NCBI GenBank assembly: GCA_963847705.1
Contig: CAWKBC010000030.1
Span: forward strand, 32,001 to 96,000
Direction of reading: 5' to 3'
Origin: an uncultured Pseudomonadota bacterium
GTDB taxonomy: Bacteria > Myxococcota_A > Polyangia > Fen-1088
Length of the DNA stretch: 64,000 nucleotides
Of this stretch, positions 12,388-22,239 are shown one piece after another. A model generated the notes under the pieces. That model did not search any database, had not been told where the DNA came from, and was given only the letters and a program-made list of their open reading frames with translations. Each line of letters opens with the position of its first letter. The stretch's first letter is position 1. The position numbers and the translations under genes were made by a program.

Positions 12388-15300
12388 ATGCGTTCTTCCC
12401 AACAGGGCAGGGTCGGTTACGGGCTCGCAGTCGTGGCTGCGACGTTGCTCTTCGGCTGCCGGCCGGCCTCGCCGCCCGAAGAACATTTCTACGACGTCCA
12501 CATCCAGCCGATCCTCAACGCCTCTTGCGTGGGCAACACGTCGCCTTGCCACAGCATCGCCGTCGATCCGGTCACCAACAAGCCGACCGCCCTCGGCAAC
12601 CTCGATCTCTCCTCGTTTGACGGGGTCCAGAAGCGGCGCGACGTGCTCCGGACCTACGGCAGCTACCCGCAGCCGCTGCTGCTGTTGAAGGCGATGCCGC
12701 CCGAGAGCAACCAGATCCCCTACCAGGGAAACTTCTATCCGAGCGAGATCCAACACAGCGGCGGCTCGCCCATCCAGCCCAACTCTGAAGCCTACTTCGA
12801 GCTGAAGAACTGGCTCGACAACGGCGCCAATCGCGACGGGATCGCGCCCCAGGCGGTCGCCAACAAGGGACAGGGCCCCTGCAGCGACGCGCTTCCTCCG
12901 GTCAGCCAGCGCATCGCCGTCGACACCACCAGCCAGGCCTACCAGGACTTCAAGGACAACATCGAGCCGATGCTCGAGTCGTCGTGCGCCTACGGCAGCT
13001 GCCACAGCTCGCCGCAGGCCGACATGTACCTGACCTGCGGTCAGGGGGGCACCGACCCGGACGCCGAGACCGCCTTCAACTACGCGCAGGTGGCCGGCTT
13101 CGTGATCGCGCCGCCCACCGACCCGACGATGGTCAACGTCGATCAGAGCGAGATCCTCCTGCGGCCGCTGGCCGTCGCGGCCGGCGGTGTGAGCCACACC
13201 GGCGGGACCTTCTTCCAGTCGCGGACAGACAGCACCTGGATGTCCTGGGAGTCGTGGGCCAAGGAGGTCCAGGCCGCGCCGCCGCTCGCCTATGGGCCCA
13301 AGACGGCCGGGCAGACGTTCTTCGAGGAGCACGTCATGCCGAAGCTGCTCGTGCGCGGCTGCGACCTCGAGGGGTGCCACAGCCCCGATGGGTTCAACGA
13401 CTTTCGCCTCCGCTCGGGCGCGTTCGGCTTCTTCGCGCCGGCGGCGCTGACGCGCAACTACCACGCGCTGGCGGACGAGTTCATGGCCTTCGACACCGTC
13501 GACGTCAAGCAGTCACGCGCGGTGAAGAAGAACATCATCGCCGCGTCGGGTGGCACCACCCATCGCGCCGGATCGATCCTGGAGGACATCAACACCTCGG
13601 TCGACACGCCCTGCCCGCAACCGTTCGTCGACGGACCCGGCACGCGTGCCTTCTGCGTGCTCCAGGCCTGGCAGCAGGCCGAGCGGCAGGATCGGATCGC
13701 CGCCGGGAGCGTCTCGCCGATGACCGCCGGCAGCACGCTGCCGCTGGCGTTCGTGGCGCGGCCGACGAACGGCGACAATCTCCTGCACTTCGACACCTAT
13801 GAAGGGGGGGCCGATCTGAGGCTGGCCGACGCCACGCTCGACGCCAACGGCCAGGTGACCGCGGTGGGCAACGTGCGCAGCGCGCTCGGCCCCTGCGCCG
13901 GCCTGGCCGGCGAGGACGTCGACGTCCGCGGCCCCGAGTGGAGCTACGACGCGACCAAGGTGGTCTTCGCCGCGCGGCCGGGGGCGGCCAGCGGGCTCGA
14001 ATCTGTGGATGCTCGACGTGGCAGGCGGGACCTGCACCAAGCTCACCACCGACGCGGGCCGGATGGTCAGCGGGACCAATGTCCGGGTGCACAACTTCGA
14101 CCCGGTCTTCGCGCCCGACAACACCATCGTGTTCGCCTCGACGCGCTCGGGGACCCTCACCCAGCGGAACATGCTCCCCAACTCGGACCTCTTCCGGGTC
14201 AATCCGACCAACCCGGGAACGTTCAGCTACGACTTCAGCAACCCGACGCAGATGACCTTCTTGCTCAACTCGGAGCTGTCGCCCGCCTTCATGCAGGACG
14301 GGCGGGTCAGCTTCACCGCCGAGAAGGCCACCCCCGATTTTTACCAGCTGTCGGGCCGCCGGATGAACTGGGACCTCACCGACTACCACCCGCTGCTGGC
14401 GCAGCGCGCGCAGTCGACCTCCACCTTCGACAACAATCTCTTGCCGTCGGTCGGTTACCAGGAGGCGACGGAGATCCGCGAAGGGCTCGATCGGAACTTC
14501 CTGCTGATCCTCTCGAACGAAGGGGCGAAAGGGGGCGGCGGGGCGCTGGCCACCTTCAACCGCTCGATCGGCCCGTTCGAGGCCGACCGGACCGACGTCA
14601 CCTTCTTGAAATCGATGGTCATCGTCGACCCGGCCGCCGCGCCGGCCGCCGACGGCACCACCACCGGCGCCTACCGCTCGCCGTTCTCGCTCCCCAACGG
14701 CGAGATCCTGGCGTCCTACGACCCCACGGTCAAAAACATCATGACCGACATCCCGCAATATCAGCTGGTCGCGGTCGACCCGCAGACCGGAACCAGCCGC
14801 CCGCTGGCCAGCGACGGGTCGCTCTCCTATGTCGAGGCGGCGCTCGGCTACAAGCGCGGCGAGACGGAGCTGTTCTCGAACCTGCCCCAGCTGGTCTTCG
14901 GCGGCCACGCCGGGCAGACCGACGCCGGCAACAACGGCATCATGCATTTCCCGGATGTGCCGGTGCTGGCCACGCTGCTGGGCGCCAACCTGCGCCGGGG
15001 GCGTGACGTCGCGGCGTTCGACGGGGCAGCGTCGCTGAAGGTCTACCAGGACCTTCCGCCACCGGCGAGCTCGACCACCTCCATCATCCCCACGGGGGCG
15101 CTGGCCTACTCGCAGCTGATGCCCCGCGGCTCGGCGAGCCTCATGGGGGATCACTCGTTGAAGGCGCTCGTTCCCGCCGGGGTGCCGCTGATCCTCGAGT
15201 TCGACGACGGCAACGGGAAGGCCCTGTTCACGATGTCGGAGGAGCACCAGGTGACCGCGGGGGAATACATCACCCCCGGTCCCCAGCGCGCGTTGTTCAA

Positions 15301-15427
15301 CAACATCTGTGGCGGGTGCCACGGCAGCCTGAGCGGCTCGGAGCTGGACGTCGCGGTGAGTGCGGACGCCCTCACCGGCGCCTCCATCTCGCAGTCGCGC
15401 TACGCCGACCCGCAGCAGCTCCACTAG
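12388..15427 (+). CDS. Multiheme HzsA-like lipoprotein, frameshifted at ~14000 (probable sequencing error)
   Basis: Lipobox LFGC; CVGNTSPCH, CAYGSCH, CDLEGCH, then propeller and C-terminal CGGCH. Removing one base at 13999-14001 joins ORF 12343 to ORF 14009 (GLDLWMLDV). Confidence 0.78.
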
Positions 15428-15490
15428 GAGAGCTGCAGCAGACGGACAGCTGCCGATTCCCGACAGCGGGCCAGCCCGATCGGGCCCGGT

Positions 15491-15499
15491 TGTGGATAA
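15491..15499 (-). promoter_or_regulatory. Perfect DnaA box (TTATCCACA)
   Basis: TGTGGATAA on the + strand in an AT-richer intergenic patch. Confidence 0.45.
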
Positions 15500-15564
15500 A
15501 CTGTTACCAAAAGATCGTAGGCCCGAAAACAGGCCGAAACATGCATCTGCGATTGTAGAGCGTC

Positions 15565-16005
15565 GTGCTCGTCGCCGCTTCCTCGGATTCCAAGCCCTCA
15601 ACCCCTTCGGTCAACTCGGTGGTTCGCCGTCCCGACACCGCCACAGCCGCCATCTTGGCCCTCACAGCTGATCCGGAGGTCCGAGATCTGCTGCTCGAGC
15701 TGGCCATCGCAGAAGGGTTTGGTGTTCGCTGCGCCGAGACCGAGGCCGAAGCGGCCGAGATTCTCGCTCTGGAGCGTCCGGGCCTGGTGCTGGTCGACCT
15801 CGACATGCCGGCACGGACCGGGACGAAGTTCCTGCGGACCCTCCGGCAGGGCCCCTTGAACGGGATCCCCTGCATCGCCATCACCGCCTCCAACGACCCG
15901 ATGCTGGCCGTCAGCGTGGATGCGTCGATCTTCTACAAGCCGGACCTCGACGGGATCGACACGGCGATCGGGCGGCTGTTCTGGCCCGAGACCTACGGCC
16001 GCTGA
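15565..16005 (+). CDS. Single-domain response regulator (atypical acidic pocket)
   Basis: LVLVDLDMP phosphoacceptor motif, AITA, YKP; beta1 ends LTAD rather than VDDD. Confidence 0.8.
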   Translation: MLVAASSDSKPSTPSVNSVVRRPDTATAAILALTADPEVRDLLLELAIAEGFGVRCAETEAEAAEILALERPGLVLVDLDMPARTGTKFLRTLRQGPLNGIPCIAITASNDPMLAVSVDASIFYKPDLDGIDTAIGRLFWPETYGR

Positions 16006-16127
16006 GCCTGGTCAGCCGAGCCGGGGCAGCCGGGCGAGCAAGAGCCCGAGGGTCTCACGCCGATTCATTCGAGAAGGTTAGCTGATCGCGTGGACGACGC
16101 GCGGCTCCGCCGCGCGGAGTCCTTCGC

Positions 16128-16148
16128 GGGAGGGTTGGGAGCCCTCCC
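16128..16148. terminator. GC hairpin between convergent genes
   Basis: GGGAGGGTT-GGG-AGCCCTCCC just downstream of the DUF3570 stop; no clear U-tract. Confidence 0.3.
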
Positions 16149-16157
16149 AGGTTCCCA

Positions 16158-17393
16158 TCAAAAACGGACCGAAAATGACCCTTGCAGGATGTGGGCGTAA
16201 GGGCGGTCGGGGTTGGGCGCGTAGATCGAATCCAGGTGATAGACGAGCAGCTCGTACTTCACGTCGGCCTCCATCTCGGCGAACCAGCTGGAGCGCTCCT
16301 GCTGCGGGCGGCGCAGGAAGGCCATCCGGCCGCCGACCAGATAGTTGCTCATCGGCGACAGCTCCCGGTCGCCGGTCCAGTACTGCCCGGCCGGGCCGAG
16401 GATGTGGTACTGGTCGCTGTTGCGATAGAAGCTGGCGCCGCTTTGCAGGTGATAGTGGCCGCGCAGGGACAACAGCATCACCGAGCTGAGGTACTTGTTC
16501 ACCACCAAGTCGCCGGTCACCGCCTGCATCGCCCAGCTGTCCTCGTAGAGGCGCGCCATCCCGATCCCCGACGCGCGCCACTGCGGAAAGGCATAAGCCG
16601 CGCGGGCGAAGAGGGCGTAGCGCTGGCGGTAGGTCGGCTCGTGCTCCTGCGGCTCCTGGTGCTCGCCGCCGACCTGCACGCTCCGGTAGGGGTTCGACTG
16701 GAAGCCGTCGAGGATCTGGATCGTACCGCCCCCCTGGATCACCAGGCGGGGGGTCATCGTCCAGGAGAGCGAGGGCTCGACCGCGTCGATGCTGAGCGGC
16801 TGGGTGACCACGTCGGTGTAGGTCGAGTTGAAGCAATGGGCGGACGACGTGAGCGGCTGCAGATGCAGCGCCGTTTCAGCCATGCTGTTGTTGGCGTCGC
16901 AGACGCTGTCCCAGTTGTGGCTGTACGCCACCACGAGCGTGAAGTTGTGGTCGTAGAGATCGTCGCGGGCGGTGACGGAGAGTGAGTGCGATCGGTAGTC
17001 ATGCTCCCAGCCGTAGGCGTAGGAGGCGCCGATGCCGGCGTCCGGGCGGTTGTAGCTGAAGCCGCCGTGGACCTGCTGGCGGAAGTCCTGGAACGGGGTG
17101 GCCTTGGTGACGGTGTCGACGAACACGGCGGGGGTCGCGCCGCTGACCGCGTCGGCCTCCCAGCCGGCCGTGACGCCGAGGCCTCCGCCGATCGGCGAAG
17201 CGGCATCGACCTGCGGGTGAATGACGGTGATCCCTTTGTTGCTGGTGGACGGCTCGCGGAAATACGTCAGGCGCGCCGAGGCCTCTGTCGGATCGTCGGC
17301 GCGCGCCGGCGCGGCCGACAACAGGGCCGAGACCAGGGGCAAGACGGCCGCCGCCAGGGTGAGGCGCGCCGGGCGTCTCAGTTGCAACCGCAC
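16158..17393 (-). CDS. DUF3570-family outer-membrane beta-barrel protein
   Basis: Signal peptide; ADAVSGAT, EHDYRS, GFQSNPYRSV, RLYEDSW, TGDRELSP; C-terminal Phe; GTG start lies within the GCGCN codons of the DUF4266 gene. Confidence 0.85.
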   Translation of the reverse strand: MRLQLRRPARLTLAAAVLPLVSALLSAAPARADDPTEASARLTYFREPSTSNKGITVIHPQVDAASPIGGGLGVTAGWEADAVSGATPAVFVDTVTKATPFQDFRQQVHGGFSYNRPDAGIGASYAYGWEHDYRSHSLSVTARDDLYDHNFTLVVAYSHNWDSVCDANNSMAETALHLQPLTSSAHCFNSTYTDVVTQPLSIDAVEPSLSWTMTPRLVIQGGGTIQILDGFQSNPYRSVQVGGEHQEPQEHEPTYRQRYALFARAAYAFPQWRASGIGMARLYEDSWAMQAVTGDLVVNKYLSSVMLLSLRGHYHLQSGASFYRNSDQYHILGPAGQYWTGDRELSPMSNYLVGGRMAFLRRPQQERSSWFAEMEADVKYELLVYHLDSIYAPNPDRPYAHILQGSFSVRF

Positions 17394-17644
17394 CCTCCGC
17401 CGGCGGTCCCACTCCCTCCGATCGCGCCCTCGCGGTTCTCCAGGATGTGCTGCTCGGCGGCCTGCTCCTGCCCGATGGCGTCGAGCGACATGATCCGGTC
17501 GGCCAAGAGCTCCCGCTGGTGGGGCCGCACGGTCCACTTCGAGGCCGCGCACCCATTGCAAACCACGGCCGCCGCCGCGACGGCCACCAGCGCCAGGCGG
17601 CGCAGGACGCCTCTCCCGCGGCTAAAAATAGACGCTGAGTGCAC
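17378..17644 (-). CDS. DUF4266-family small lipoprotein
   Basis: VRPHQRELLADRIM ... REGAIGGSGTAGGGCGCN signature. Confidence 0.88.
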   Translation of the reverse strand: MHSASIFSRGRGVLRRLALVAVAAAAVVCNGCAASKWTVRPHQRELLADRIMSLDAIGQEQAAEQHILENREGAIGGSGTAGGGCGCN

Positions 17645-18395
17645 CTGAGTACTCCTGGATTCGTTGGGTGTGGTTGGCGTCGAAGATGACGTACTGGCGG
17701 GCGTCGCCCCGCAGCGTGAGGCGCTTCTTGAGCGCGACGATCAACCCTCCGCCGACGTTCAGCATCGAGTAGTTGCCGGTCTGGATGGCGAACTGATCGG
17801 CCTTCTTGTGGCCGAAGGCGCCACCCGCCGAGGCCCCCACGAAGGGCGTGACCGGCGACGAGGCGAACAGGAAGGCGTTGAAGCCCCCTCCGGCATAGAT
17901 GACGTCGATCTGGTTGCCGACCGTCTCGCCGATCATCCCCTCGAGCGAGACGTGCGGCGCCAGGAGCCAGGAGGGGCGGAAGAGAAACATTCCGTCGCCC
18001 CCCAGGACGCCGGCGGAGAAGGTGAAGCCGACATTCTCCTCCTCCAGCGGCGGAGGCGAGAAGACCGCGGTCCCCATCCGCTTCCAGACCGAGGGGCCCT
18101 CGTGCGCGGCGGCGGTGTCGACGTCGAGCGGGAAGACCTCGTCTCCCAGGATCCAGCCGTAGGTGCCGTCGGGGAGCTCGACACGGAACCAGTGATCGTG
18201 GGAGGCCCGGCCGATGGCGGGCAGCACCTCGTTGAGCTTGGCGCGGTAGACCACCCGGAACGCGAAGCCCGGTCCGGTGTGGACCTGTGCCTCCTCGGCG
18301 ATCACGCGCACCAGCGCGCGGTCGTCGGCGCGCGCCCGGAGCGTCGTCAGCAAGACGACGGCGATGCAAGCGCCCCCCAACGCGCGGACGATCAT
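17622..18395 (-). CDS. SH3b domain plus outer-membrane beta-barrel protein
   Basis: Signal peptide; VHTGPGFAFRVV...WFRVELPDGTYGWI (bacterial SH3); alternating beta-strands ending VYF; ATGA coupling to the upstream gene. Confidence 0.8.
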   Translation of the reverse strand: MIVRALGGACIAVVLLTTLRARADDRALVRVIAEEAQVHTGPGFAFRVVYRAKLNEVLPAIGRASHDHWFRVELPDGTYGWILGDEVFPLDVDTAAAHEGPSVWKRMGTAVFSPPPLEEENVGFTFSAGVLGGDGMFLFRPSWLLAPHVSLEGMIGETVGNQIDVIYAGGGFNAFLFASSPVTPFVGASAGGAFGHKKADQFAIQTGNYSMLNVGGGLIVALKKRLTLRGDARQYVIFDANHTQRIQEYSGALSVYF

Positions 18396-18871
18396 GGCGA
18401 CGTGACCCACGCCTGGAGGGTGGTGACGAGATCCTTGGCCTGCTGCGAGGAGGGATCGATCAACTCGCCGCCGCCGTGGACCTGGATGTTTTCGGGGAAC
18501 GTCAGCAGCCGACTGTCGGGCGCGTCGGAGCAGCTCATCTGCTGGGAAGCCTGCGTATAGTCGTCCAGGATGTCCTGAGGGAGCGGGTTGGGCAGCGGCG
18601 TCGGAAGCGCGGCGATCTCGGCCGTGATGTCGGTGAGGGTCATCTGCGTGAGGGTCCCGAGGCCGTGGCAGCTGGAGTCGAAGCAGTGCTTCCCGTTGTA
18701 TTCCAGCCCCAGGAACATCGGCCAGATCGTCGTGACGAAGTACTGCTGGCCCGGCTCGCAGATGTTCACGTCGGCGGGCGGCGCGCCGAGGTCGACGGTC
18801 TGGCAACCGAAGGCCCCGCCCAGCAGCGAGGCCGCCGCGAGGAGGAGGAGACGACCGGCGCGGCGGCTCAA
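18392..18871 (-). CDS. Small lipoprotein, putative monoheme cytochrome c with CX4CH motif
   Basis: Lipobox AFGC; YFVTTIWPMFL...CFDSSCH...HGGG...W; TTGA coupling to the upstream gene. Confidence 0.7.
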   Translation of the reverse strand: MSRRAGRLLLLAAASLLGGAFGCQTVDLGAPPADVNICEPGQQYFVTTIWPMFLGLEYNGKHCFDSSCHGLGTLTQMTLTDITAEIAALPTPLPNPLPQDILDDYTQASQQMSCSDAPDSRLLTFPENIQVHGGGELIDPSSQQAKDLVTTLQAWVTSP

Positions 18872-19485
18872 AACGTGTACCTCAGGTAGGTGGTCGCCAT
18901 CAGCTCCTGGCTGCTGGAGAGCTCCGCCATGACGAAGTAGCCGCCGCGCAGGCCGACCGAGAAGTGCCGCGACAGCGAGTGGTAGTCGATCCCGGCGCCG
19001 CCGCCCGCGATGAAGCCGACGCGGTACCGCGGCTCGACCCCCAGCACGTAGAGCGCGTTGGTCGACAGCCGCTCGGCCCCGATTCCCCCCTCGCCGAAGA
19101 TCGAAGTCTGACCGAAGCGGTAGGTCAGCTTCCCCTCGACCAGCGCCTGGTAGGTCTGCAGCAGCTGGCCGTTGAGCGGGTTGTCGCCGGTGAGCTGATG
19201 GGTCGAGCCGACGAAGTGCGCCTGCAGCGCAAAAAAGCGGAAGAGGTCGTAGCCGACCCGCGCGCCGATGGCGAAGCCGGGGGAGACGTCGTTCCCCGCC
19301 TTGCCGAAGAAGGCCACCGAGCCGACCTCCCCCTCGGTGAAGAGGCCGTGGGCGAACTTGGCCGGGTCGGGGAAGACGACGGCGCTCGGTTCGGCGGTGA
19401 CCTGGGCGCGGGCGGCGGACGCGCCCGCGACCAGCCAAGACGTCACCAACGCCGCCATCAGCTTGCGAGATCGTCTTGGTCTCAA
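18868..19485 (-). CDS. GltH/CglE/NfsH-like small outer-membrane beta-barrel
   Basis: Signal peptide, ~8 amphipathic strands, terminal YTF; lies downstream of the gltG homolog as in glt/nfs operons. Confidence 0.65.
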   Translation of the reverse strand: MRPRRSRKLMAALVTSWLVAGASAARAQVTAEPSAVVFPDPAKFAHGLFTEGEVGSVAFFGKAGNDVSPGFAIGARVGYDLFRFFALQAHFVGSTHQLTGDNPLNGQLLQTYQALVEGKLTYRFGQTSIFGEGGIGAERLSTNALYVLGVEPRYRVGFIAGGGAGIDYHSLSRHFSVGLRGGYFVMAELSSSQELMATTYLRYTF

Positions 19486-19498
19486 TGGCCCCTGGTCG

Positions 19499-20347
19499 TC
19501 ACATCATGGCCGGCGCGGGCGGGACGAACAGCGTCGGCGTCGGCGAGAAGAGCGTGTTCGTGGTGTCGTGCAGCAACTGCCCGTCGTCGTCGCGGACACG
19601 AATGTCGTAGCTGCAGGACATGCTGCGGTTGGCGGTGAAGCTGACGTCAATCTCGATGAGCGCGGGGATGACGACGTTCGGCGGCACCATGCTCAACCCG
19701 ATCGGATTGACCTGCGAATTGTTGATCAACACGGCGTTGAAGGGGGCCATCCAGCGACCGATGGCGTCCAGATCCAGCTCCGCCTCGTTGAAGTCGTCCT
19801 CGCGCACCGTCCCCGAGATGGTCTGCCCGGGGGCGATCGCCTGCGGGGTCACCGGGATGAGCGGGATGTACTGGGGGGGATCGTCGTTCCCCTCACCGAG
19901 CGTCATGGCCACGATGTTCGAGTCGTACTTGGTGTACTCGTTGGCGCCGTCGATCCCGATGCTGAACTGCGAGGGTCCGTCGGTGTTGTCTCCGTCCATG
20001 GGCGTGTAGGTGACCTGGTAGGTCAGCTCGATGTGGACGTGATCGCGCTGGATCCAGGGAACGTCGAACCCCAGCGTGGCGGTCTGCGTGTCGAGCTCCT
20101 TCTTCTCGGCGTCGGTCGGGTTGCGAAACTGCAGCGTCATCCCGTTCTCGATGCGGGGCGAGGCCCCCGTCATGTCGGCGCTTCCGCCGCTGATCACCAG
20201 CGCCGGGGTGGTGGGCGAGGCGAAGTAGATCGGCGTGTTGTCCATCCCCTGGCAGCCGAGCGCCAGCGGCGACAGCAGCGAGAGGGCCAAGGCGACCTGA
20301 CCGCCGGCCCGGGTGCCGCCCTGTTTGCCCCATAAGCATCCTGGCAT
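19499..20347 (-). CDS. Hypothetical lipoprotein
   Basis: Lipobox ALGC; ATG overlaps the gltG-like stop (TGATG); acidic beta-rich mature part. Confidence 0.75.
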   Translation of the reverse strand: MPGCLWGKQGGTRAGGQVALALSLLSPLALGCQGMDNTPIYFASPTTPALVISGGSADMTGASPRIENGMTLQFRNPTDAEKKELDTQTATLGFDVPWIQRDHVHIELTYQVTYTPMDGDNTDGPSQFSIGIDGANEYTKYDSNIVAMTLGEGNDDPPQYIPLIPVTPQAIAPGQTISGTVREDDFNEAELDLDAIGRWMAPFNAVLINNSQVNPIGLSMVPPNVVIPALIEIDVSFTANRSMSCSYDIRVRDDDGQLLHDTTNTLFSPTPTLFVPPAPAMM

Positions 20348-21756
20348 CAGGACCCTCCTTTGAAGACGAAGGGAAAGCGGCCGACGATCGTCTGCCCGGG
20401 CGCCTTGGGGAACTGCCACTGCTTGACCTGGCGGACGATGCACCCTTCGACGGCGGCGTCGTTCATGGCGCTCGATTTGACGTTTGCCTTGCTGACGGTG
20501 CCGTCGGGCTGAATCACCCAGAAGATGTCGATGTTGCCGGAGAGCGAGCTCTTGTGCTGGAGCTCCTTCTCGTAGCAGTACTTCACGCCCGCGAAGTGGG
20601 CCTTGACCACCTTGTAGACCTGATCCTTCGACAGCGAGCCGTCGGTGTCGCCGCCGCTGGTGCCGAGGCCGACCGACACCTCGTGCTCGCCGCGCTCGGC
20701 CAGCTTCGGTCCGCGGCCGTGGCCGTGCGCGCCCCGGCCGCCAGTGTCGAGGTTGCCGGCGCCGTAGATGTGCCCGTAGCCGGTGCCGCCGCCGCCCGGC
20801 CCCGACCCGCTGGTGGCGAGGCCGCCCGCGCCGTGTCCGACGACCATCTTGGCGCCGGCCATTCCCGCCATCGCCTGCTCGACGTCGTTGCTCTGCGCGA
20901 ACAGCCTGGAGAGCCCCGAGCCCGGCGCCTTGTCGCGCCCGATGATGCTGAGGATGCCGACCTTCTGCACCTTCTCGCGCAGGATGTCTTCCCGCCCCTT
21001 GGGGATGACGGTCTCCTTGGGGGTGGCGTCGTTGCGGCCGATGCGGCCGGCCTTCTCCTTGGCGCGCTTGGTCTGACCTTCCTTCTCGGTCGACTTCTCG
21101 GCCTCTTCCTCTTTCTGCTTCTTGACCTCTTTCTTCTCGAACTCGATCGCCGCGGGCGCTTCGATCTTGGCCACCCGCTGCGCGTCGAGCGCCAGCGGCG
21201 GCTTGGGCTCCGTCTTCTCCCACATGATGTTGAGGAGCAGGGCCAGCGCGCCGAGCACGATGCTGGTCCCGACGGTGATCTGCACCATCTGCGGATCGCG
21301 CACGCGCGGGCGCGCGATGAGGTCCGGGGGATCGACCCAGCGGAGCTCGAGCCGCACGTCGCTGCCGTCGGCGAAGATCAGCTTGGCCTTGTCGCCGCGG
21401 GCGAGGTCGACGTCGCGCGAAGCGATGTCGGCCACCGATGTGCTGATCCCGCCCAGCGTCAGCTCTCCCTTGAGCGCCGAGGCGAGGTGAAGGACGTAGC
21501 CGTCGCGGCGCGGCTGCAGCAGCAGGAACTTGCTCTTCCCCTCCAGCGCCGGCGTCGCGAAGGTGGCGCGCTTCGACGGTCCCACGGTGATCTTGCGGCG
21601 ACGCGCCAGCAGGCGATAGCCGATGATCTGGCCGCGCCAGATCATCGCGACCTGGAGCATCGCGTGCGCCGTCACCGGACGGGGCGCCGTCCGACGCCGC
21701 ACAGGCTGAGGGCCCGGCGGAGCTGGCGGCAGCGCGTGAGAGTGTGTGGTTGCCAA
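20347..21756 (-). CDS. GltG/NfsG-like TonB-family energy transducer (AgmX/PglI C-terminal domain)
   Basis: N-terminal cytoplasmic domain, one TM, Lys/Glu- and Gly-rich linker, VKYCYEKEL...GCIVRQVKQWQFP...FPFVF. Confidence 0.88.
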   Translation of the reverse strand: MATTHSHALPPAPPGPQPVRRRTAPRPVTAHAMLQVAMIWRGQIIGYRLLARRRKITVGPSKRATFATPALEGKSKFLLLQPRRDGYVLHLASALKGELTLGGISTSVADIASRDVDLARGDKAKLIFADGSDVRLELRWVDPPDLIARPRVRDPQMVQITVGTSIVLGALALLLNIMWEKTEPKPPLALDAQRVAKIEAPAAIEFEKKEVKKQKEEEAEKSTEKEGQTKRAKEKAGRIGRNDATPKETVIPKGREDILREKVQKVGILSIIGRDKAPGSGLSRLFAQSNDVEQAMAGMAGAKMVVGHGAGGLATSGSGPGGGGTGYGHIYGAGNLDTGGRGAHGHGRGPKLAERGEHEVSVGLGTSGGDTDGSLSKDQVYKVVKAHFAGVKYCYEKELQHKSSLSGNIDIFWVIQPDGTVSKANVKSSAMNDAAVEGCIVRQVKQWQFPKAPGQTIVGRFPFVFKGGS

Positions 21757-21777
21757 GGGGTCACCTATTTGTCTACG

Positions 21778-22239
21778 TCAGAGGCTCTTGTCATCGGCGC
21801 TTTGGCCGAGCTCCTTCATGAACGAGCGCTTGTCGGGCGCCGACATATCGAGCTCCAGCTTGACCCGGTTCAAAAAGTAGAGGAGTTGCGGGGTCTTGAG
21901 CTTCCCTTCGACGTCCATGGCGCCGAAGGTGTAGGTCTTGGTCTTGACGTTCTTGCCGCCGGCCTTGGCCTCCCCGGCCGGCTTGGCGTCGTCGGAGGAC
22001 TGGCCGCCACTTTGGCCGCCGCCTTCGTTCGACCCTTCGGCCTCGGCGACCGGCGCCGGCGGGGCGACACTTCGCTCCTGCGTGTGCGCGGGCGCCGGTC
22101 TGTGGGCCGCCGCGTGTCGCCTGGCCGGCTTGGCCAGCGCGCGGCCGTCAATCGCCAGGGTCAGCGCGAGGGCCAGCGCCAGCGCGGCCACCCGCGGGAC
22201 GAGCCTCCCCGTCAGTTGCAGTCTCGCGCGAGGTCTCAC
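21778..22239 (-). CDS. GltF/CglF-like protein
   Basis: Signal peptide; C-terminal KTYTFGAMDVEGKLKTPQLLYFLNR...SFMKELGQS resembles the CglF core; located between the gltE and gltG homologs. Confidence 0.8.
   Translation of the reverse strand: MRPRARLQLTGRLVPRVAALALALALTLAIDGRALAKPARRHAAAHRPAPAHTQERSVAPPAPVAEAEGSNEGGGQSGGQSSDDAKPAGEAKAGGKNVKTKTYTFGAMDVEGKLKTPQLLYFLNRVKLELDMSAPDKRSFMKELGQSADDKSL

Noticed and set aside
13999-14003. Programmed ribosomal frameshift
   Set aside because: No slippery sequence; the same lesion occurs in two unrelated genes, favouring a systematic sequencing error.
9020-15427. Anammox hydrazine synthase operon
   Set aside because: Only HzsA-like architecture; no hzsB/C or hao/hdh genes, and the context is myxobacterial.
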